A stretch of 63,087 nucleotides of DNA, the filler included, from Actinomycetales bacterium (GTDB taxonomy: Bacteria; Actinomycetota; Actinomycetes; Actinomycetales; CAVURS01), in assembly GCA_045807245.1 (NCBI GenBank). It is 3 parts of 3 records of this genome, joined end to end, with 100 filler letters (N's around TTAATTAATTAA, not from the genome) between each part and the next. Parts side by side here need not be neighbours in the genome. Positions count along the whole stretch, not along the records: positions 1 to 26,106 come from JBJMHS010000050.1; positions 26,207 to 48,653 come from JBJMHS010000051.1; 1 more part is not named here. One strand, written 5' to 3'. Under the pieces are notes generated by a model. It saw only the letters and a list, made by a program, of their open reading frames with translations, did not search any database and was not told the origin of the DNA. Each line of letters starts with the position of its first letter. Position 1 is the stretch's first letter. Positions 19,293 to 29,164 of the stretch are shown here, piece after piece. The translations under genes were made by a program, and so were the position numbers.

Positions 19293-20078
19293 TCAGAAGC
19301 CGAACGACAGGACGTCGCTCGACGGCGGCGCCGAGATCGCCGGTCCGTGGCCCCAGCTCGAGTAGGTCACCGTCGTCGTCACCGGGGAGCCGTCCAGGGT
19401 CAGGACGGTGCTGGTCCGCACCGGACGGCCCGCGGCGTCCAGCCAGAGCCGCACCTTGGCCCCGCCGACCGAGCCGCCGAGGATCGAGGCCAGCTCCGAG
19501 CGGATGCCGGTCACCACGGCTGACTTCGGCAGCGACCCGTCGTACTCGGTGGCGCGCACTCCGGCGACCTTGCCGGTCGACCCGACCCGGAACGTCCCGG
19601 CCCCGGACCAGCCGCCGACCAGGGAGCTGACGTCCGCGGACTGCACCAGGCGGCTGATGACCGACCCGACCAGCTTCATGGTGATCTTGCCGCTGACCGA
19701 CCCGAGCTTGACCCAGTGCTTGCCGTTCTGCGGCTGACCCGGGTCGACGTAGTACTCCCCCGGCAGGATCAGGGCCTTGAGCGGCCTGCCTCCCGTGGTC
19801 GCGATGCTGAGCCGCGGTTCCCCCGCCGAGGTGATGACCGAGCCCTTGGCCACGGCGCCGCCGATCAGCGTGCTGCTCAGCGTGAACCGCGCCGACCCGG
19901 CCCGCAGCACGGCGGCCGAGACCCGGTTCGCGAGGGCGGTGGCGGGGACGACCGCGCCCTTCTTGGTCGAGATCGGTGGTGCCTGTGTGGCCGTGGCGGT
20001 CGCCGCGCTCGGCGTCCCGTGTGAGCACGCGCCCAGGAGCCCCAGAACGACGACGGCCGCGACCACCCGTGGGACCAC
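19293..20078 (-). CDS. Lipoprotein, LppX/LprAFG-like
   Basis: Lipobox LGAC; GKHWVK, LWLDAAGRP, TVTYSSWG..ISAPP; GTG at 20078 preceded by TACGCT (leaderless-type -10). Confidence 0.7.
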   Translation of the reverse strand: MVPRVVAAVVVLGLLGACSHGTPSAATATATQAPPISTKKGAVVPATALANRVSAAVLRAGSARFTLSSTLIGGAVAKGSVITSAGEPRLSIATTGGRPLKALILPGEYYVDPGQPQNGKHWVKLGSVSGKITMKLVGSVISRLVQSADVSSLVGGWSGAGTFRVGSTGKVAGVRATEYDGSLPKSAVVTGIRSELASILGGSVGGAKVRLWLDAAGRPVRTSTVLTLDGSPVTTTVTYSSWGHGPAISAPPSSDVLSFGF

Positions 20079-20101
20079 GCAGGGAGCGTACGGCGGGAAC
20101 G

Positions 20102-20968
20102 TCACCCGGGGAACGGTGCGACCTGCGACCTCGGCGGTGCGGAGATCGACGTGCGGGCGTTCAGCCGGCTCAGGTACATCGTCGACCGGCCCGGCCCAAG
20201 ACTGCTCAGGTACGACTGGACGACCTTGACCGGCAGCTCGTCGTCGTTGACCCACACGTCGATCTGGTCGTCCGTCACGCCGAGCTGGTCGACCATGTCC
20301 TGCAATGTGGTCGCGGTCGCGCGTTCCGACGCAGGCATCGCGGCGAACACCGCGTCCAGGTCCACCGTCCCGGTCAGGTGACGGGTGCGGACGCCCCCGA
20401 CCGTCTCGACACCCACCAGGCGCAGGTCCGCCGCCCGGTTGAGCAGCTGGACGGTCGGGTCCGCGTTCGCGCTGTTGATCAGGGACCGGAGGTCCAGCCC
20501 GGAGAAGGCCGCGAGCCGCCGCAGGCTCAGGCTGCGCCACGGCTTGCCCGGCGTGCCGGCCCCCGGGGCCTTCAGGTACAGGGTCTGGCCGACCAGCACC
20601 TCGCGGATCCGCATCCCCCTGACCGCGACGGTCAGGTCCATCCGGACCGGGTGGTACGCGATCTGCCCGCTGACCGTCGTCCGGGTCCCGCCGACCGCAG
20701 AGGTGATGGTCAGATGCGCACTGCGCAGCGTCGCCGCGGAGTGGCCGGCCCGCTGGGCCAGTGCCGCGGCGTTGCTGGTCGCGGTGGCGGTCGTGGGGCT
20801 GCCCGGGGTCGGGGCGGAGGCGTCCGGACCTTCTGGGCTGCTGGGGGTCGCCGGGCCGGCGCTCGCCGCCGGCGGGGCGGCGGGAGCTGAGAGCGGCCCG
20901 GGTGAGCAGGCCGGGACTACGGCGCACAGGCAGGCGGCGAACGCCAGGGCCGCAGAACGTCGACGCAT
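20102..20968 (-). CDS. Lipoprotein, LppX/LprAFG-like
   Basis: Lipobox-like VPAC, GKPW, VGVETVGGVRTRHLTGTVD, VWVNDDELP, ISAPP. Confidence 0.75.
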   Translation of the reverse strand: MRRRSAALAFAACLCAVVPACSPGPLSAPAAPPAASAGPATPSSPEGPDASAPTPGSPTTATATSNAAALAQRAGHSAATLRSAHLTITSAVGGTRTTVSGQIAYHPVRMDLTVAVRGMRIREVLVGQTLYLKAPGAGTPGKPWRSLSLRRLAAFSGLDLRSLINSANADPTVQLLNRAADLRLVGVETVGGVRTRHLTGTVDLDAVFAAMPASERATATTLQDMVDQLGVTDDQIDVWVNDDELPVKVVQSYLSSLGPGRSTMYLSRLNARTSISAPPRSQVAPFPG

Positions 20969-21083
20969 GCTCCGACTGTGCGTCGCGCGACGGCCGGGCA
21001 GTACCGGCCGTTCGGTCAGGTCGGCTCGACCGAACGGACGACCCGCCGAGCGGGCGGCACGGCTCCCGAGGACGGGTCAGCCG

Positions 21084-21911
21084 TCAGGGCTTGATCACGT
21101 CGGACGCGGGCGGTGCGGTGACCTGCGCCGCCCGACCCCAGTCCGTGTAGGTCACGGTGACCTGGTCGTTCTTGTTGTCGTAGCTGCCGGCGGTGAGCAC
21201 CTTGACCGGCCGGTCGCTGTCGTCCAGCCAGAGCGTGACGTGGCTGTCGCCGGTGATGTCCTTCTTCATGATGTCGCGGAACTGGTCCGGCAGCCCGGCC
21301 TGGACCGCCTCGCGCGGGATCGTGGCGACGTACGGCGTGGCCCGGGTCCCACCCACCGTCCCGGCCGCCCCCATCGTGAACCCGTCGGCCGCGGCCCAGG
21401 TCGACGTCTGCGCGGAGACGTCGGCGGAGTTCGTCATGTAGCTCAGCAACGGGGCCATCGCGGACGAGAGCGGGTCAGTGCCGCCGGCCGTGACCTTGAG
21501 CCAGTGCCGCCCGTCCACGACCTCGCCGACGTCGGCGTACAGCACGCCCGGCACGGCGATCACCCGCAGCTTGTCGCTGCCGTCGGAGAAGTCGAACCGC
21601 ACCCGCACGCCGCTGCCGGCCAGCTGCAGGACGCCGGTGGCGTCCTGGCCCGACGTCGTAGAGCTGGCCAGCGAGAACTGGGCCGAGCCGGCCGCTCGCA
21701 TCGCGGAGAGAACGCGCCCGGCCAGGACACCGCCGTCGACCCGGCTGCCCACCGCGTCCGTCGACCCGGACGTCGCACTGCCGGAGGAGCTGGACTCGGT
21801 GGCCCGCCCGCTGTCGATCCGCGCGGAGCCCGACGAGCCGGAGCACGCCACCAGCGCGCCGCTCGCGACGATCACCGCCGCGACGGCGCCTCGGCTGAGG
21901 GCGGTGTTCAG
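21084..21911 (-). CDS. Lipoprotein, LppX/LprAFG-like (start uncertain: CTG 21911 or GTG 21875)
   Basis: Lipobox [34 protein letters not shown]; paralogue of 19293-20078. Confidence 0.7.
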   Translation of the reverse strand: MNTALSRGAVAAVIVASGALVACSGSSGSARIDSGRATESSSSGSATSGSTDAVGSRVDGGVLAGRVLSAMRAAGSAQFSLASSTTSGQDATGVLQLAGSGVRVRFDFSDGSDKLRVIAVPGVLYADVGEVVDGRHWLKVTAGGTDPLSSAMAPLLSYMTNSADVSAQTSTWAAADGFTMGAAGTVGGTRATPYVATIPREAVQAGLPDQFRDIMKKDITGDSHVTLWLDDSDRPVKVLTAGSYDNKNDQVTVTYTDWGRAAQVTAPPASDVIKP

Positions 21912-22624
21912 GCCTCGGTGTCCTCGACCAGGAGGTTGCGGGTCCGGCTCGGGTCGAGCGGGATCCCCGGGCCCATGGTCGTGGCCATCGTCGCCTTCTG
22001 CACGTAGCGGCCCTTGGCCGCGGACGGCTTGAGCCGCAGGACCTCCTCCAGTGCGGCGCCGTAGTTCTCGACGAGCGCCTGCTCGCTGAACGACGTCTTG
22101 CCGATGATGAAGTGCAGGTTCGCGTGCTTGTCGACCCGGAACTCGATCTTGCCGCCCTTGATGTCGGTGACGGCCTTGGCGACGTCCATGGTGACCGTGC
22201 CGGTCTTCGGGTTCGGCATGAGCCCGCGCGGCCCGAGCACCTTGCCCAGCCGGCCCACCTTGCCCATCAGGTCTGGCGTCGCCACGACCGAGTCGAAGTC
22301 GAGCCAGCCGCCCTGGATCTTCTCGATCATGTCGTCGGAACCGACGAAGTCCGCCCCGGCCGCCTCGGCCTGCGCGGCGCGCTCGCCGGTGGCCAGCACC
22401 AGGACCCGGGCCGTCTTGCCCGTGCCGTGCGGGAGGTTGACCGTGCCACGGACCATCTGGTCCGCCTTGCGGGGGTCGACGCCCAGCCGCATGGCGACCT
22501 CGACGGTCGCGTCGTACTTGGTGTGGGATGTGTCCTTGGCGATCCGGACCGCCTCGAGCGGCGGGTAGAGCCGGGCGGGGTCGATCTTCTCGGCCGCACT
22601 GCGGTAGGCCTTGCTGCGCTTCAT
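21908..22624 (-). CDS. rplA: 50S ribosomal protein L1
   Basis: [40 protein letters not shown]. Confidence 0.99.
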   Translation of the reverse strand: MKRSKAYRSAAEKIDPARLYPPLEAVRIAKDTSHTKYDATVEVAMRLGVDPRKADQMVRGTVNLPHGTGKTARVLVLATGERAAQAEAAGADFVGSDDMIEKIQGGWLDFDSVVATPDLMGKVGRLGKVLGPRGLMPNPKTGTVTMDVAKAVTDIKGGKIEFRVDKHANLHFIIGKTSFSEQALVENYGAALEEVLRLKPSAAKGRYVQKATMATTMGPGIPLDPSRTRNLLVEDTEA

Positions 22625-22708
22625 CGTGCTGCTCCTCGGTGTTTCGGTAGGGAGTTGTGGTCATCCGGGCCGAAGCCGGCCCTGCCACGTCGTACTGCTG
22701 TCTAACGC

Positions 22709-23140
22709 TCAGGCCTCGACGGTGATGCCCATCGAGCGCGCGGTGCCCGCGATGATGTTGGCCGCGGCGTCGATGTCGGTCGCGTTGAGGTCCTCCATCT
22801 TGGTCTGGGCGATGGCGCGGACCTGGTCGCGGGTGAGCCGGCCGACCTTGGTCTTGTGCGGCTCACCGGAGCCCTTGGGCACGCCGGCGGCCTTCTTGAT
22901 CAGCTCGGCGGCGGGCGGGGTCTTGGTGATGAAGGTGAACGAGCGGTCCTCGTAGACCGTGATCTCGACCGGGATGACGTTGCCGCGCTCGGACTCCGTC
23001 TGGGCGTTGTAGGCCTTGACGAACTCCATGATGTTGACGCCGTGCTGACCCAGCGCGGGGCCGACCGGCGGCGCCGGCGTCGCGGCGCCGGCCTGGATCT
23101 GCAGCTTGATGAGCGCTGCGACCTTCTTCTTGGGAGGCAT
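22709..23140 (-). CDS. rplK: 50S ribosomal protein L11
   Basis: [34 protein letters not shown]. Confidence 0.99.
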   Translation of the reverse strand: MPPKKKVAALIKLQIQAGAATPAPPVGPALGQHGVNIMEFVKAYNAQTESERGNVIPVEITVYEDRSFTFITKTPPAAELIKKAAGVPKGSGEPHKTKVGRLTRDQVRAIAQTKMEDLNATDIDAAANIIAGTARSMGITVEA

Positions 23141-23204
23141 TCCTGGCTTCCTTGCTGTTGCGGTGGGTCGGTGGTGGATGGGTGCTCGTGCGGTACGGCG
23201 GGCG

Positions 23205-23975
23205 CTAGATCTTGGCGACCTGGCTGAAGGACAGCTCGACCGGAGTCTCGCGGCCGAAGATCGACACGAGGACCTTGAGCTTCTGGCCGTCGACGTTGAT
23301 CTCGGAGATGGTCGCGGGCAGCGTCTCGAACGGGCCCTCCATGACGGTGACGGACTCGCCCACCTCGAAGTCGACGACCTTGATCTCGGGCGTCTTCGGC
23401 TTGTCCTTGCGCTCCAGCGTCGGCGCGAGCATCGAGAAGACCTCGTCCAGGCTCAGCGGCACCGGCTGGTGGGTGTGGCCGACGAAGCCCGTGACGCCCG
23501 GGGTGTGCCGGACGGCTCCCCACGACTCGTCGGTGAGCTCCATCCGGACCAGGACGTAGCCCGGCATGCGCACCCGGCGGACCTGCTTGCGCTGGCCGTT
23601 CTTGATCTCGGTCACCTCTTCCATGGTGACCTCGACCTGGTAGATGTAGTCCTCCATGTTGAGGCTCTGGATGCGGGTCTCCAGGTTCGCCTTCACCCGG
23701 TTCTCGTAGCCCGCGTAGCTGTGGACGACGAACCATTCGCCCGGCGCCCGGCGCAGCTCGGTCTTGAACGCCTCGGCCGGGTCGACCTCGTCCTCGGCCT
23801 CGTCGGTCGCAGCCTCGTCGGTCGCCGGCTCGTCGGTCGCAGCCTCGTCGGTCGCAGCCTCGTCGGTCGCAGCCTCGTCGGGGGTATCGACGACCGCGGC
23901 CTCCTCGACGACGGAGTCGTCGGAGGTCGTCACCTGCTGGTCCTCGACCTGGGTGTCGGTCCACTGCTCGGACAC
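23205..23975 (-). CDS. nusG: Transcription termination/antitermination factor NusG
   Basis: [44 protein letters not shown]. Confidence 0.98.
   Translation of the reverse strand: MSEQWTDTQVEDQQVTTSDDSVVEEAAVVDTPDEAATDEAATDEAATDEPATDEAATDEAEDEVDPAEAFKTELRRAPGEWFVVHSYAGYENRVKANLETRIQSLNMEDYIYQVEVTMEEVTEIKNGQRKQVRRVRMPGYVLVRMELTDESWGAVRHTPGVTGFVGHTHQPVPLSLDEVFSMLAPTLERKDKPKTPEIKVVDFEVGESVTVMEGPFETLPATISEINVDGQKLKVLVSIFGRETPVELSFSQVAKI
23797..23881. repeat. 15-bp coding tandem repeat (DEAAT) in NusG acidic N-terminus
   Basis: GCCTCGTCGGTCGCA, about 5.7 copies. Confidence 0.9.
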
Positions 23976-24022
23976 TGCTGACCTGCTTCCTCGGTAGTTC
24001 TTCGTTGCGTGTCTAGGTGCGG

Positions 24023-24298
24023 CTAGCTGCCGCCGAACACCAGCAGCACCAGGTGCCCGAACCCGTAGTCCAGGACCGAGACGAACGCCATGACCGCGGT
24101 GACGAAGACCAGGACGACGCTGGTGTACGTGAGCAGCTCGCTGCGCGTCGGCCGGACGACCTTGCGCAGCTCGGAGACCACCTGGCGGAAGAACAGGCCG
24201 ATCCGGGCGATCGGGCCACGACCGGCCGAACCGCCCTTCCCGCCCTTGCCGGAGGACGCGCGCGGGTCACGCTCGCCGGCGGTGCTGATCTCCGTCAC
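24023..24298 (-). CDS. secE: Preprotein translocase SecE
   Basis: [20 protein letters not shown] + single TM; GTG at 24298. Confidence 0.95.
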   Translation of the reverse strand: MTEISTAGERDPRASSGKGGKGGSAGRGPIARIGLFFRQVVSELRKVVRPTRSELLTYTSVVLVFVTAVMAFVSVLDYGFGHLVLLVFGGS

Positions 24299-24355
24299 CC
24301 TGTGCTCTCCTGCTGCTTCGCGTGTCGCTGGTTGCTCGTGGTTGCTCGTGTGGCG

Positions 24356-24428
24356 CAGGGCAGGAGGGACTCGAACCCCCAACCGCCGGTTTTGGAGACC
24401 GGTGCTCTACCAATTGAGCCACTGCCCT
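24356..24428 (-). tRNA. tRNA-Trp (CCA)
   Basis: AGGGCAGTGGCTCAATTGGTAGAGCACCGGTCTCCAAAACCGG...GGTTCGAGTCCC; 73 nt, usual position before secE. Confidence 0.97.
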
Positions 24429-24617
24429 ACGGGCGGCGGACGGCTGCGCTGCCACGCGCCGTACCCACAGTCTCACCGTTCGCGCCCTCCAACCTACGCG
24501 GAGCGCTCCCGGACCCGGAATGCGGGCATGCGTCAGCATGGCGGTCGTCAACCACCCGAGGGGTCACTGTACGCGAGGCCAGGTCAGCCGAGCGAACTCG
24601 CGTGGGAGCATGCACCC

Positions 24618-25811
24618 GTGAACGCACGCATCTCGACCCGGATCGGCGGCATCGCCGAGTCCGCGACCCTCGCTGTGGACGCCAAGGCCAAGGCGCTCAA
24701 GGCCGCCGGCCGGCCGGTCATCGGCTTCGGTGCCGGTGAGCCGGACTTCCCCACCCCGGACTACATCGTCCGGGCGGCGATCGAGGCGTGCTCGAACCCG
24801 GCGAACCACCGGTACACGCCCGCGGCCGGGTTGCCCGAGCTGCGCGCAGCCGTCGCGGGCAAGACCTTGCGCGACTCCGGGTACGCGGTGGCCACGGAGC
24901 AGGTGCTGGTGACCAACGGCGGCAAGCAGGCGGTCTACCAGGCCTTTGCCACGATCGTCGACCCGGGTGACGAGGAGCTCCTGCCCACGCCGTACTGGAC
25001 GACCTACCCGGAGGCGATCGCGCTCGCCGGCGGCGTCCCCGTCGAGGTGTTCGCGGGCGAGGACCAGGGCTACCTGGTGACCGTCGACCAGCTCGAGGCG
25101 GCGCGCACACCGCGCACCAAGGCGCTGCTGTTCTGCTCGCCGTCGAACCCGACCGGCGCCGTCTACCCCCCCGAGCAGGTGCGCGCCATCGGCCGTTGGG
25201 CGGTCGAGCACGGCGTCTGGGTCATCACCGACGAGATCTACGAGCACCTGACGTACGACGGCGTGACGTCGACCTCGATGCCGGTCGAGGTGCCGGAGCT
25301 GGCCGACACCTGCCTGGTCCTTAACGGCGTCGCCAAGACCTATGCCATGACCGGCTGGCGGGTCGGCTGGATGATCGGCCCGATCGACGCGGTGAAGGCC
25401 GCGACGAACCTGCAGTCGCACCTGACGTCCAACGTCGCCAACGTGAGCCAGCGCGCGGCCATCGCGGCGCTGACCGGCGACCTGTCCGCGGTGGCGGCGA
25501 TGCGCGAGGCCTTCGACCGTCGTCGGCGCACCATCGTGTCGACGCTCAACGAGATCGAGGGCGTCGACTGCCCGACGCCGAAGGGCGCGTTCTACGTGTA
25601 CCCCTCGGTCAAGGGCGTCCTCGGGCGGACCGTCGCGGGCCGGACACCGCAGACGTCGGCGGAGCTGGCCGAGCTGATCCTGGAGGAGGCGGAGGTCGCG
25701 GTGGTGCCCGGCGAGGCGTTCGGTCCCTCCGGGTACCTGCGGCTGTCGTATGCACTGGGCGACGAGGACCTGGTCGAGGGCGTCGGACGGATCCAGAAGC
25801 TGCTCGCCTAG
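24618..25811 (+). CDS. Class I PLP-dependent (aspartate) aminotransferase
   Basis: [38 protein letters not shown] at 24618. Confidence 0.93.
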   Translation: MNARISTRIGGIAESATLAVDAKAKALKAAGRPVIGFGAGEPDFPTPDYIVRAAIEACSNPANHRYTPAAGLPELRAAVAGKTLRDSGYAVATEQVLVTNGGKQAVYQAFATIVDPGDEELLPTPYWTTYPEAIALAGGVPVEVFAGEDQGYLVTVDQLEAARTPRTKALLFCSPSNPTGAVYPPEQVRAIGRWAVEHGVWVITDEIYEHLTYDGVTSTSMPVEVPELADTCLVLNGVAKTYAMTGWRVGWMIGPIDAVKAATNLQSHLTSNVANVSQRAAIAALTGDLSAVAAMREAFDRRRRTIVSTLNEIEGVDCPTPKGAFYVYPSVKGVLGRTVAGRTPQTSAELAELILEEAEVAVVPGEAFGPSGYLRLSYALGDEDLVEGVGRIQKLLA

Positions 25812-25812
25812 A

Positions 25813-26106
25813 TGTGATGTCCAGGCACGTTGGTCGAATCGGTGTGACGACACGATCTGATGTTGTAGATGGGTGAAGACCTCCCGGTGTGGAGTGGAGC
25901 TGTCTAGAAACCGCTTCACGCCCAGGAGGTCTTCGTGTCTCACGCTACCCATTCCAACGCTGCCCTGACGCCGCGGCAGCGGCTGAAACTGGCTCAGATG
26001 ATCGTCGATGGCGAGGTCCCGACGGCTCAGGTGGCTCAGCTGTTCATGACGAGCTGGAAGACGGCGGGCAAGTGGGCCCAGCGCTACCGGCAAGAGGGGC
26101 CGTCCG
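25813..26106 (+). mobile_element. IS481-family element, left end and 5' part of transposase (GTG 25935), cut by contig end
   Basis: TGT terminus (TGTGATGTCCAGG), AGGAGG RBS, HSNAALTPRQR...TAGKWAQRYRQEG N-terminus typical of IS481. Confidence 0.85.
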
Positions 26107-26206
26107 NNNNNNNNNNNNNNNNNNNNNNNNNNNNNNNNNNNNNNNNNNNNTTAATTAATTAANNNNNNNNNNNNNNNNNNNNNNNNNNNNNNNNNNNNNN
26201 NNNNNN
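26107..26206. other. Artificial contig linker
   Basis: N44-TTAATTAATTAA-N44, stops in all frames. Confidence 0.97.
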
Positions 26207-27275
26207 TGTACAGGGTGCGTTCGATCAGATCGGCGTACTGTGCACCGCCGATGGCCAGGAGCAGCCGCCAGGAGAACATGACCGACGCGACCGACGCGCA
26301 GGTCTCCGAGTATGCCCGGTCGGGCGGCAGCACCCAGTCCTCTCCGAAGGCCTCGGTCTGGTGGTGCGAACCCTGCCCGCCGGTCAGATACGTCCGCCGC
26401 GCAACGGTATTGGCCCACTGGCCGGCCAAGGCCTGGAGCAGCACGTCGTCCTCGAGCTCGACCGCCACGTCGACTGCGCCGGCCGACAGGTAGCCGGCGC
26501 GGACGGCGTGGCCGCGCAGCACTGTCGCCTCGCGCACTGGGACGTCGTCCTGGTAGTAGGCCCGGCCCCACTCGATGTCCTTGAGCGTGCCTCGACCGCG
26601 ACGGTCGACGAACAGCGCGGCCTGCGTGAGATATCGGGACTCACCGGTGACTCGGGCGAGCTCAACGAGTGCCGGCTCGATCTCGGGATGCCCGCAGACC
26701 GAGGCGATGCCGTCGTCGGAGAACACCGTGCAGACAAGATCGGCCGCCCGCCGGGCCACCTCGAGGAGACCGTCGTCGGAGCGCGGCCGGGTCCGGGCCC
26801 GGGCGACCGCTGCCTGGAACAGATGGCCGAGGCAGTAGAGCTCGTGCCCCCACTCGAGGTCGGACCACCGCGCCGCCTGGCCGGGACGGCCGAACTGTGT
26901 GTTGAGGTAGCCATCGGCCTCCTGGGCCGCCGTCACTCGAGTGACCAGAGCCCGGAAGCGCGTGTCGAGGTCCGGGTCGCCCTCGCGGCCGATCTCCCAG
27001 GCCATGGCCTCGAGCAGCTTGTAGACCTCGGAGTCGCTGAACTCGCGCCCGCGCCGGGACTCCCAGGGCCCGCCGGCTGCGGCCAGGTCGAAGTTCGCGA
27101 TCCATCCCTCGCGATGCATCCAGCGCTCGATGTGAGCCAGGGAAGCCGACGCGTTGACCCTCTGCCGGTCAGCCCAGAAGCCGCCGACGATACGGACATC
27201 GCCCAGACCCAACGGTCGTAGGCGTCCGCGGGTCGGATCGGTGGGCGTTGCTCGGACGTCGGTCGTGGCTGTCAT
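26207..27275 (-). CDS. GH127 beta-L-arabinofuranosidase (3' truncated by contig end)
   Basis: FSDSEVYKLLEA, HELYCLGHL, GHPEIE, GHAVRA, YSETCASVA. Confidence 0.9.
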
Positions 27276-27279
27276 CTGG

Positions 27280-28188
27280 TCATCCCTTGAGGGCGCCCGA
27301 CATGAAGCCGCGCACATAGTGTCGTTGCAGGAGGAGGAAGAGCACGACACACGGCAGCGCCAGGACGACGACGCCAGCCTCGGTCACGCCATAGTCGACG
27401 ACGCCTTGCACCTGTCCGCGCATGTTCGAGACCGCGAGCGGCAACGTGAACTTGTTGGTGTCGTTGATCAGGATCAACGGGGCCAGGAAGTCGTTCCACG
27501 CGGCTAGGAACGCGAAGAGGCCGACGGTGATCAGCCCCGGCTTCACCCCGGGGATGAGGACCCGCCACAACGCCGCGAAGGACGAGCACCCGTCGACCAT
27601 GGCCGCCTCGTCGAGCTCGCGCGGGACTGACTCGAACGAGATGCGCATCATGAACGTTGAGAACGGCAGCTGGAACACCGTCAGCACCAGAGCGACGCCG
27701 ACCAGGGAGTCCTGCAGGCCGACGTCGTTCAACAGCACGTACAGCGGGATGAGCAGCGTCGCGTACGGCACCATCAGGATCGCCAGGGTGATGAGGAACA
27801 GCGCGTTGCGCCCGAGGAAGCGGAACCGCGCGAAGGCGTAGCCACCCAGCAGTGAGATGACGAGCGTGAGGACGACAGTCAGGCCGGAGACGAAGAGCGA
27901 GTTGGCCAGGTAGCGCCATACGCCCGCCTGATAGTGCTCCAGCGAGACATAGTTCGCGAACCCCCATCCCTTGCTCTGGCTCGTGCCCGCTTGCGGCGAC
28001 ACCGATGACACCCCGGTCCACAGCACGGGGAACAGGAAGATGACCGCCAGGGCAGCGCTGAAGACCCAGAAGGGTGTGCGCAGGGCGAGCCCCGCCAAAG
28101 TCGTTGGCGGCGTCGAGCGCCGCGAACGGGCCGACGGCGCGCCCTTCGGAGACCCGACCGGCGGTGCGTGCTCCCGCTGTGCGCTCAT
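27280..28188 (-). CDS. Carbohydrate ABC transporter permease
   Basis: ELDEAAMVDG loop, WNDFL, TLPL. Confidence 0.93.
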   Translation of the reverse strand: MSAQREHAPPVGSPKGAPSARSRRSTPPTTLAGLALRTPFWVFSAALAVIFLFPVLWTGVSSVSPQAGTSQSKGWGFANYVSLEHYQAGVWRYLANSLFVSGLTVVLTLVISLLGGYAFARFRFLGRNALFLITLAILMVPYATLLIPLYVLLNDVGLQDSLVGVALVLTVFQLPFSTFMMRISFESVPRELDEAAMVDGCSSFAALWRVLIPGVKPGLITVGLFAFLAAWNDFLAPLILINDTNKFTLPLAVSNMRGQVQGVVDYGVTEAGVVVLALPCVVLFLLLQRHYVRGFMSGALKG

Positions 28189-28198
28189 GGCCGGCTCC

Positions 28199-29134
28199 TC
28201 AGCCCTCGTCCGTACGGCGGAAGGTGCGCAGCTGGACGACGTTGACGACGACCAGAACCAGCACGACGAGCACCGAGAGGGCGGCCGCGACACCAAGGTC
28301 GTTCTGGCCCTGGAACGCGACGTTGTAGATCAGCTCGACGATCGTGATCGTGCTGTTGTCCGGACCACCCTTGGTCAGGATGTAGAACTGCTCGAACGCC
28401 AACAGCGACCCGGTCACGCAGAGGACAGTCGTCAGCGCGAGGGTCGGCCGCAGCAAAGGAACGGTGATCCGCCGGAAGGTCTGCCAGCGACCGGCGCCGT
28501 CCATCCACGCGGCCTCGTAGAGCTCGGCGGGGATGCTCTGCAGACCCACGAGCATGAGCAGCATGTAGAAGCCGGCGTACCGCCAGACGATGAGGAACAG
28601 GGTTGACGCCAGCGCGGTGTTCGGGGAGCCGAGGAACGACCACCCGAAATGGTTCATGACCGGCGCCGCCGGTCCCACCAGCGGCGAGTAGAGCACGTAG
28701 AAGAGCAACGACGCCGATGCCAGTCCGAGCGCGCTCGGCACGAGGAACGCCGTACGCAGCAGGCCTTTCCACCGGGTGGACTCCTGCACCATCAGGGCCA
28801 GCCCGAGACCCAGCGCGGTGAGCAGCACAGTCGCCAGGACCGTGTACTTGACGGTGAACACGACCGAGTCGACGAAGAACCGGTTGCCGGTCGCCTTGTG
28901 GTAGTTGTCCGGCAGGTTGACGCCCTGGTTGCCGCTCAGCAGCGGCCAGTCGGACCCGGACATGCGCACGACCTGCAGCAGCGGCAGCACGAACAGGGCG
29001 AAGACGAAGACCGCAGTCGGCGCGGCGTACATCCAGCCTGACCGCGCGCGACCGCTGACGGAGCGGCGCCGACGCGAGCGACCCTCGGCGGGAGGGAAGC
29101 TGCTCGGTGCCGTCGCGGTGGCGATGCTCATCAC
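28199..29134 (-). CDS. Carbohydrate ABC transporter permease
   Basis: GLQSIPAELYEAAWMDGA, LTKGGP. Confidence 0.93.
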   Translation of the reverse strand: MMSIATATAPSSFPPAEGRSRRRRSVSGRARSGWMYAAPTAVFVFALFVLPLLQVVRMSGSDWPLLSGNQGVNLPDNYHKATGNRFFVDSVVFTVKYTVLATVLLTALGLGLALMVQESTRWKGLLRTAFLVPSALGLASASLLFYVLYSPLVGPAAPVMNHFGWSFLGSPNTALASTLFLIVWRYAGFYMLLMLVGLQSIPAELYEAAWMDGAGRWQTFRRITVPLLRPTLALTTVLCVTGSLLAFEQFYILTKGGPDNSTITIVELIYNVAFQGQNDLGVAAALSVLVVLVLVVVNVVQLRTFRRTDEG

Positions 29135-29164
29135 AACCTCTCGGCTTGGGCTCGAGACTGCCGC

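Noticed and set aside
24330..24428. tRNA-Trp as an integration site
   Set aside because: secE follows directly; no duplicated tRNA 3' end or integrase; only a trivial 10-bp tandem repeat
26107..26206. TTAATTAATTAA palindrome and apparent IS481-bounded island
   Set aside because: Artificial linker repeated identically at 48654-48753; contig adjacency carries no biological meaning
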